A stretch of 64,000 nt of DNA from an uncultured delta proteobacterium (lineage in GTDB: Bacteria > Desulfobacterota > RBG-13-43-22), in NCBI GenBank assembly GCA_963743305.1, contig CAVUPH010000013.1, forward strand, positions 160,001 to 224,000, read 5' to 3'. The notes below the pieces were generated by a model. It ran no database searches. It was given only the letters and a program-made list of their open reading frames with translations, and had not been told where the DNA came from. Below are positions 57,695 through 64,000 of the stretch, piece after piece. The position numbers and the translations under genes were made by a program. Every line of letters begins with the position of its first letter. The first letter of the stretch is position 1.

Positions 57695-58264
57695 ATGAAA
57701 TTATCGAAAACCGGAAGGTCTGAGAAAGACCCCGACACCGTATCTTATGACTCCCGGTTGTTTCCTGCGGTCGGCCGGATTTATGTGGCGGCCACTTATC
57801 GCGGGATATGCCGGATTTCCTTGCCGGCTCACCCGGTGGAGAATTTTTTCAAGACCGTTATCGAAAAATATAATCCTAGTATTTTAATCCAAAACAATAG
57901 GTTGTTTGATAATTTCTATATCCAGCTTGAAGAATATTTATCCGGCCGGCGGGCGCTGTTTTCGATCCCCCTGGACCTACGGGGGACCCCTTTCCAGTCA
58001 GAGGTCTGGGAGGCCCTGGCTCAGATCCCCTATGGGGAGACCCGCAGTTACGGGGAGATTGCCGGACAGATCGGTCGTCCTAAAGCCGTCCGGGCCGTAG
58101 GGCAGGCCAATCATGTCAACCCCGTACCCATCCTTATTCCCTGCCACCGGGTCATCGGGTCTAAGGGGGACCCGGTGGGGTATGGAGGGGGAATCCCGCT
58201 GAAAAATCAATTCCTGGCTTTGGAGAAAAAATTTCGTTGCAACTTTCCTTTCTCCCCGTTATAA
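57695..58264 (+). CDS. ogt: Methylated-DNA--protein-cysteine methyltransferase
   Basis: GTPFQ..VW, IPYGETRSY, RAVGQA, IPCHRVIG active site. Confidence 0.93.
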   Translation: MKLSKTGRSEKDPDTVSYDSRLFPAVGRIYVAATYRGICRISLPAHPVENFFKTVIEKYNPSILIQNNRLFDNFYIQLEEYLSGRRALFSIPLDLRGTPFQSEVWEALAQIPYGETRSYGEIAGQIGRPKAVRAVGQANHVNPVPILIPCHRVIGSKGDPVGYGGGIPLKNQFLALEKKFRCNFPFSPL

Positions 58265-58310
58265 TACTACCCATTGTATAACTTATTGCGTTATTGTCTA
58301 TATATAGTAT
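58264..58310 (+). promoter_or_regulatory. Tandem NrdR boxes
   Basis: atactacccattgtat (58264) and tgtctatatatagtat (58295) match acaCwAtATaTwGtgt, start 31 bp apart, and lie upstream of nrdJ. Confidence 0.75.
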
Positions 58311-58487
58311 AGTTACTGCGGTAGTAGCGATAGCGGTATGCTCGCCTTCCCAGCCAACCGGACCGGGGAAGACATTCTTAAAAAAATGCTTAAAACCAAC
58401 AGCCCTCCCAGGGGCCCCGGCGAATATTTTGGTTCAATTTAGCCGTTCGCATTATCTTTGGAAATAAATAGAATTGAGGAGTTTTCT

Positions 58488-60674
58488 ATGGCCACCCGTG
58501 TTTCTAAAATCGTCCTGTCACCCAATGCCCAAATCGTCTTAAACAAACGCTACCTGCGGAAAAACGACAAGGGGCAGGTGATCGAGAAACCGGAGGACAT
58601 GTTTCGCCGGGTAGCCCGGGTGGTGGCCTCGGCCGACGCCCTCTACGGGAAGAAGACCCAGGTTAAGAAGAGCGAGGAAACCTTTTTTCGGATGATGACC
58701 CAGTTGGAGTTTATGCCCAATTCTCCGACCCTGATGAATGCCGGCCGCCAACTGGGACAGCTCTCCGCCTGTTTTGTTCTCCCGGTGGAGGATTCGATTG
58801 ACAGCATCTTTGAGGCCATCAAACAAACGGCCATTATTCATAAAAGCGGCGGAGGGACCGGCTTTTCCTTTTCCAGAATTCGTCCGGAAAAGGATACGGT
58901 CAAATCCACCCACGGCATTTCCAGCGGCCCCATTTCTTTCATGACCGTTTTTGATGTGGCCACCGAGACCATTAAGCAGGGGGGGACCCGGCGGGGGGCC
59001 AACATGGGACTGCTCCGGGTGGACCACCCGGATATTGAAAAGTTTATTGAAGCCAAGCTGCAGACCGACCGCCTGAATAATTTCAATATTTCGGTCCTCA
59101 TCCCGGATGCCTTTATGGAGGCCCTGGAAAAGGATCAGAACTATGACCTGGTCAATCCCCATACCGGTAAGGCCGTTCGCTCCGTTTCCGCCTTGTCCAT
59201 TTTTAACAAGATCGTCCATTCCGCCTGGCGCAGCGGAGAACCGGGAGTGGTGTTTATCGACCGGATCAACCGGGATAACCCGACGCCGCATCTGGGACCC
59301 ATCGAGGCCACCAATCCCTGCGGGGAACAGCCCCTGTTGCCCTACGAGTCCTGCAACCTGGGGTCTCTCAACCTGGCCCGGATGGTGAAAAAGGGCAAAG
59401 TGGATTTCGAAAAGCTGCGCGGCACTATTCAGGAAGGGGTCCATTTTCTGGATAACGTCATTGATGTGAATAAATACCCCCTGCCGGAGATCGAAAAAAT
59501 GACCCGGGGCAATCGTAAAATCGGCCTGGGTTTGATGGGCTTTGCCGATCTGCTGATCCAGGTGGGGGTTCCCTACAACTCGGAGCGGGCCGTGGAACTG
59601 GCCGAGCAGATCATGGAATTCATTCAGACCGAGGCCAGAAAATCTTCGGCCCAATTGGCCCGCGAGCGGGGAAATTTCCCCAATTTCAAGGGAAGCATTT
59701 ATGATCCGGGGCGGAAGGCCAAGGCCTACATGCGCAACGCCACCGCCACCACCCTGGCCCCCACCGGGACCATCAGCATCATTGCCGGGGCCTCCAGCGG
59801 CATTGAACCCTTGTTTGCCGTCTCTTACTATCGAACAGTGCTGGACGGAACCCGAATGGTGGAGGTTAATCCCTATTTCAAAAAAGCGGCCAAGGAGAAG
59901 GGCTTTTACCGGCCCGAACTGATGGAGGAGATTGCCAAAGAAGGCTCCCTCAAGCACCTGGAAGGGATCCCGGAGGAGTTGAAAACCCTGTTTGTCACCT
60001 CCCACGATATCGACCCGGAATGGCATATACGCATCCAGGCGGCTTTTCAGCGGCACACGGACAACGCCGTCTCCAAGACCATCAATTTTCCCGAGGAAGC
60101 CACCCCGGAGGAAGTCAAGACCGCCTATTTGCTGGCCTACCGGGAGGGGTGTAAGGGGGTCACCATCTACCGTTACGGGAGCCGGGAAACCCAGGTGCTG
60201 AATCTGAGCAAGCCGGCGGAAGGCCCGAAGATCAATCCCCGCCCCCGGCCGGACCGGACCAACGGGGTCACGGAACGGATCAACACCGGCTGCGGGAAGC
60301 TGTATGTAACCATCAACGAGGATGAAAAAGGGTATTGCGAGGTCTTCGCCCAGATGGGCAAAACCGGGGGCTGCGCCTCGTCCCAGATCGAGGCCACCGG
60401 CCGATTGATTTCCCTGGCCCTGCGCTCCGGGATCTCCATGGGTTCCGTTATCCGGCAGCTTTCCGGGATCCGCTGCCCCTCTCCGGCCTGGGTCAACGGC
60501 CACCAGGTCCTCTCCTGCCCGGATGCCATCGGCCGGGTGATCGGCAACTACACCCAGATCGAGACCTCCGAAAGCGGATCGCTGATGGGTTCCTGCCCGG
60601 ATTGCGGCGGTCAGGTGGTCCACGAAAACGGCTGTCTGAACTGCCATTCCTGCGGATTTTCCAGGTGCAGTTAA
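58488..60674 (+). CDS. nrdJ: Vitamin B12-dependent (class II) ribonucleotide reductase with TSCPD and zinc-ribbon tail
   Basis: [66 protein letters not shown]. Confidence 0.95.
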   Translation: MATRVSKIVLSPNAQIVLNKRYLRKNDKGQVIEKPEDMFRRVARVVASADALYGKKTQVKKSEETFFRMMTQLEFMPNSPTLMNAGRQLGQLSACFVLPVEDSIDSIFEAIKQTAIIHKSGGGTGFSFSRIRPEKDTVKSTHGISSGPISFMTVFDVATETIKQGGTRRGANMGLLRVDHPDIEKFIEAKLQTDRLNNFNISVLIPDAFMEALEKDQNYDLVNPHTGKAVRSVSALSIFNKIVHSAWRSGEPGVVFIDRINRDNPTPHLGPIEATNPCGEQPLLPYESCNLGSLNLARMVKKGKVDFEKLRGTIQEGVHFLDNVIDVNKYPLPEIEKMTRGNRKIGLGLMGFADLLIQVGVPYNSERAVELAEQIMEFIQTEARKSSAQLARERGNFPNFKGSIYDPGRKAKAYMRNATATTLAPTGTISIIAGASSGIEPLFAVSYYRTVLDGTRMVEVNPYFKKAAKEKGFYRPELMEEIAKEGSLKHLEGIPEELKTLFVTSHDIDPEWHIRIQAAFQRHTDNAVSKTINFPEEATPEEVKTAYLLAYREGCKGVTIYRYGSRETQVLNLSKPAEGPKINPRPRPDRTNGVTERINTGCGKLYVTINEDEKGYCEVFAQMGKTGGCASSQIEATGRLISLALRSGISMGSVIRQLSGIRCPSPAWVNGHQVLSCPDAIGRVIGNYTQIETSESGSLMGSCPDCGGQVVHENGCLNCHSCGFSRCS

Positions 60675-60767
60675 AAACAAACCTCATCGATTGGTTTTTT
60701 CGAATAACGGAACGGAAAAGGAACTAAAGTGGTAAAAGCGGCCCGATCAGGTCTTGAAAAAACGAAT

Positions 60768-61754
60768 TTAGTCTGCCACCACGGGAAAATATATCTTAAA
60801 CCCTTCTGAAGCGATCCCGTCCAGCGCATCCGTCGTTCCAGAAAGTTGCGTCGTCCAGGTTATCCCGGTAGGGGAAGTCTTGATGATACCCAGATCCCCT
60901 ACGGCCACGAAAAGGTTTTTTTGAAAGGTTACCCCAAACAAGTCATTCAGCGTTCCGGAGTTTTGCCCGACCCAAGTGGCGCCATCGGAAGAAGTCAGGA
61001 TGGTTCCGTTGGCTCCTACGGCCACGATTTGATCCTTCTGGGAAGCTACTCCCCATAAAAAGCTATTGGTCCCCGACGTCTGGGGAGTCCAGATCTGACC
61101 ATCGGGCGAGGTCACTATGGTCCCCTGGTCTCCAACAACGACAATCTTTCCACTGCCAAAGGTGACCGCGGACAGGAACTCCACGGTATTCGAGGTTTGA
61201 AGGGTCCAGGTCACCCCATCGGAGGAGGTTAGAATGGTTCCGTTGTTTCCCACGGCCACAAAAAGGCCATTGGCAGACCCGACTCCGAAAAGGGCAGAAG
61301 TGGTCCCCGAGGTCTGCGAAGCCCAGGTCACCGCATCCGGGGAGGTTAAGACGGTTCCGGTCCCCAGGAAATAGTTAAAACCCACTGCCACAAAAATTCC
61401 ATTTCCATAGGTTATCCCAAATAAGGTGCTGTCGGGATCGCCGGAATTCTGGGGGGTCCACGTGATCCCATCCTCGGAAGTTACTATGGTCCCCAGGTCT
61501 CCAACGGCCACGAATTTTCCTTCTCCTCGGGTTACCCGCCATAGTTTTTGTGCGGCATTGGAGGTCCTATCGATCCAGACCTCTCCCGTGTCGGAGGTGA
61601 TAATCTTCGCCGGGTCTGCGGCCGCGTCATCTTCGATCGCTACCAAAAAGGCGGCCTGAACGGGTTCCCGGAGGACAAAGGAACCCAGCAACAGGATCCC
61701 GAGCCAGACCACAAAGGTCTGCCAGCCAAATCTTCTGATGTTTCTCTTAACCAT
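60768..61754 (-). CDS. Secreted beta-propeller repeat protein (BNR/YCF48-like)
   Basis: Signal peptide; about seven 39-aa repeats L..V.....FVAVG..GTI.TS.DG.TW..Q.SGT; GGAGG RBS. Confidence 0.85.
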   Translation of the reverse strand: MVKRNIRRFGWQTFVVWLGILLLGSFVLREPVQAAFLVAIEDDAAADPAKIITSDTGEVWIDRTSNAAQKLWRVTRGEGKFVAVGDLGTIVTSEDGITWTPQNSGDPDSTLFGITYGNGIFVAVGFNYFLGTGTVLTSPDAVTWASQTSGTTSALFGVGSANGLFVAVGNNGTILTSSDGVTWTLQTSNTVEFLSAVTFGSGKIVVVGDQGTIVTSPDGQIWTPQTSGTNSFLWGVASQKDQIVAVGANGTILTSSDGATWVGQNSGTLNDLFGVTFQKNLFVAVGDLGIIKTSPTGITWTTQLSGTTDALDGIASEGFKIYFPVVAD

Positions 61755-61792
61755 GGCGCCTCCCATTGAGAAGGACTTTTGGCCAGTCCGTC

Positions 61793-62834
61793 TTAGGTGA
61801 CATTGATAAAAGTCTGCACGGTTCCCAGGACCTTGCCGGTAATCCAGTGACGGTACTGGAGGGTTGCCCGATAGGTCTTCGGAAATGGCGGCGGCTTGAT
61901 GATCAGATCCCAACGTTGCGCCGTGGACAAAACAAAAGGGTAATTGGCTCGGAGCTTGAAGGGGCTGGAATACTTAGACGCGGGAGTCCCGCCCAAAGGC
62001 CGGCCATCCATGGCGACGACCGTTACCGGCAGTCCGATGGTCCAGCGGTTCAGGGTATACCCGGCATTGGTCAGGCGGAGGAGTATGGTCTGGCCGGCCT
62101 TGATAGTAATGGCCACCCGGGGATCGGTAACGGGCGTATTCGGGGCGATCGAAAGGCCGTTCATTAAGAAATAATCCGGTTGAAAATCGTGCAAAATGCC
62201 GTCATTGGTAAAAGGACCGTTGGAGCTGCAACCCGCCATAAAGGCATTATGCGTCAGGGAATGCCAGCGGCTGTCAATCTCATCGGGAAGCCCAGAAGGC
62301 CTCGACGTCATAAGCGGGTCCTCCGGTGAAGGCCGTTCCCGGTCCGGTGGGAGGATCGATAATCAATAAACCGTACAGGCCCATTTCAAAATGAAGGACG
62401 GTGTTTTTATGGCAATGATACGTATAGGTACCGGCGTGACTGGCATACCATTGATAGGTATAGGAATTGGGGAATTCAAAGGACATCTTTCCTACCCCGT
62501 CGTTCATGGGGGTCGGCTCGATACCGTGGTGATGGATCGTATGGGTATTGCCCTTTACGTTGGTAATGGTATGGACCACCTGCCCCTCGTTAACCCGAAT
62601 CATGGGAGACGGAAAGGTGGTGGGCAAATTGGGATCGGCGATAACCCACATGCGCACCGCCCTTCCATCCCACATGGTTACATCGAAGTCGATCTGCAAC
62701 TCCCGCGTGAAGGTTCTATCGGGGACGACGCGGTCAGGTGTCGGACCGCTGAATGTCGGCGGGCAAATGAATTTTATGAAATCCTCTTCCTGGGCCGGGG
62801 TAACAGGTTCACGAGGGATTATGGCGATCGGCAT
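61793..62834 (-). CDS. Two-domain multicopper oxidase subunit (copper ligands in domain 1 only); frameshift near 62287
   Basis: HTIHHHG, YHCHKNTVLHFEMGL; EAFW joins PDEIDSRWH..YFLMNG..ILLRLTNAG..AMDGRP in the adjacent frame; AAGGAG RBS. Confidence 0.82.
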
Positions 62835-62885
62835 TAGCGCTCCTTTTGGGCCGACTCCGGGGTGGGAGGCCCGCCACTCTTATGA

Positions 62886-64000
62886 TTATTTAGGGAAATC
62901 AACCGGTCCTCCCGGGAGGGTGATGTCCCCGGTGATCTCCCAATCCGTCACCATCCCCAGCGGATAGTTGCCGCCGGCGGCAGTCTGCGACATCTCCGTG
63001 TGATCGTGCATGGGAAAACCCAAGGGGGACTGGCGTACTCCCCCCAGGATTAAATTCAATTCCTCGGTCGGAGGCCAATTAGCCGCCGGGGGGATATCCG
63101 GAGGTTTAATAAAGGGAAGCAGCCAATCCATGCGCTGCATAGGTCTCACGAGGAAAGTATCGACCAAAAAGATATTTTTTTGCACCAGACCATTCAGGGC
63201 CAGCACATAGACATGGTTGCCATGGATATGCAGCGAATGGATCGCCAGGCCGGCATTGAGGATCCGAATCAAGGCCGGTTCTCCGACACGGCCCTCGGGG
63301 GCGGTATCCGGATTCTTGGCGGAAAAAAATCCGGATCGGCCGTTAATGGTAAAATAGCGGGGTAAGAAATTTTGTTTAAGGTCGGCCGGAGAGATAAACT
63401 GGTTATTCAGGGCCAGGGTATTGAAGTTGGGATCAATGTTGTTCAACAGCCAAATCCAGTATCGGGCGGGATTCCAGGGGTTTCCGGGAAAGTGGGGTGA
63501 ATTCCCCAGGTCATTGAACAGAGACTGGGCATTGGGCGTGGGAGAACTGTAGGGTGTGTTCCCTGAAACCGGACTGACGATCATGGCCCCCTGCAAGCCC
63601 AGGACCCGATTAACCGGCGCGTTCAAGGGATCGAGATAAAGATAGGTGCCGGCCTTGGGCGCGGTAAAGGTGATGACCTTACTTTCTCCGGGCAGGATCG
63701 GACCGCTGTCCACCACCCCGGGGATGGAAAAGGCGTGCGGTTCGTCCAGAGCGTTGGTCAACTTAACGGTGATCGGGTCGCCCTCGTTGGCCAGGATGAT
63801 GGGACCGGGAACCCGAGGACCTAAGGTTGGTGTCTGAAAGGCCCAGAAGTAAACCTGTGTAAAATCGACCATCTCGATGATGGCCTCGCTGAAGGTCAGA
63901 TCAACGGTCTGGGCGGCCGCCAGGGCCTCTGACTCCCGAAAGATCTTGGGTATCCCGGCGGGTGCATTGACGAGGATGGCGGCCAAACCGGTCAGGCCGT
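62886..64000 (-). CDS. Two-domain multicopper oxidase-like subunit (copper ligands in domain 2 only); 5' end outside window
   Basis: RVPGPII.ANEGD, KAGTYLY, YFTING, IRILNAG, HSLHIHGNH, PMHDH; frame open to the window edge. Confidence 0.85.
   Translation of the reverse strand, partial: GLTGLAAILVNAPAGIPKIFRESEALAAAQTVDLTFSEAIIEMVDFTQVYFWAFQTPTLGPRVPGPIILANEGDPITVKLTNALDEPHAFSIPGVVDSGPILPGESKVITFTAPKAGTYLYLDPLNAPVNRVLGLQGAMIVSPVSGNTPYSSPTPNAQSLFNDLGNSPHFPGNPWNPARYWIWLLNNIDPNFNTLALNNQFISPADLKQNFLPRYFTINGRSGFFSAKNPDTAPEGRVGEPALIRILNAGLAIHSLHIHGNHVYVLALNGLVQKNIFLVDTFLVRPMQRMDWLLPFIKPPDIPPAANWPPTEELNLILGGVRQSPLGFPMHDHTEMSQTAAGGNYPLGMVTDWEITGDITLPGGPVDFPK

Noticed and set aside
58311-58487. Cobalamin riboswitch before nrdJ
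   Set aside because: No AGGGAA/B12-box core motifs visible; NrdR boxes account for regulation
58539-60680. 713-aa antisense ORF over nrdJ (similar ones over livK, ilvB, porB, sfsA, resB)
   Set aside because: Shadow ORFs typical of GC-rich coding strands; no motifs

Overview
Chromosomal window from a GC-rich anaerobic bacterium. The gene repertoire suggests a Desulfobacterota/deltaproteobacterial genome (inference). The housekeeping backbone is fabD, hpt, a K+ channel, resB/ccsB, serS, queD, tRNA-Met, tadA, two tRNA-Ser, dnaX, ybaB-recR, ilvBN, porCDAB, tRNA-Asn, livKHMGF, sfsA, ogt and nrdJ with tandem NrdR boxes. Accessory blocks interrupt it. (i) A ~9.7 kb insert splits dnaX from ybaB-recR and carries an ArsC fusion plus a chrB-MFS-chrA-PEP-dikinase-like cluster. 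(ii) An islet around tRNA-Asn holds a decayed tRNA-like fragment, a MITE, a repeat-flanked GIY-YIG nuclease, and an XRE-HTH / AlbA_2(Schlafen-like)-HATPase_c_4 / ParA module that is a candidate defence system. (iii) A set of secreted proteins includes a six-repeat YDSGW protein; three share a C-terminal (Y/A)(L/F)P(L/I/V)(I/V) motif. (iv) Two multicopper-oxidase genes have exactly complementary copper ligands. There are also many REP/MITE-like palindromes, a riboswitch-like leader, and at least 8 single-base frameshifts confined to accessory genes (assembly error or decay; not resolvable here). No rRNA, CRISPR array, integrase or transposase was seen. All calls are by eye from motifs; no searches were run.
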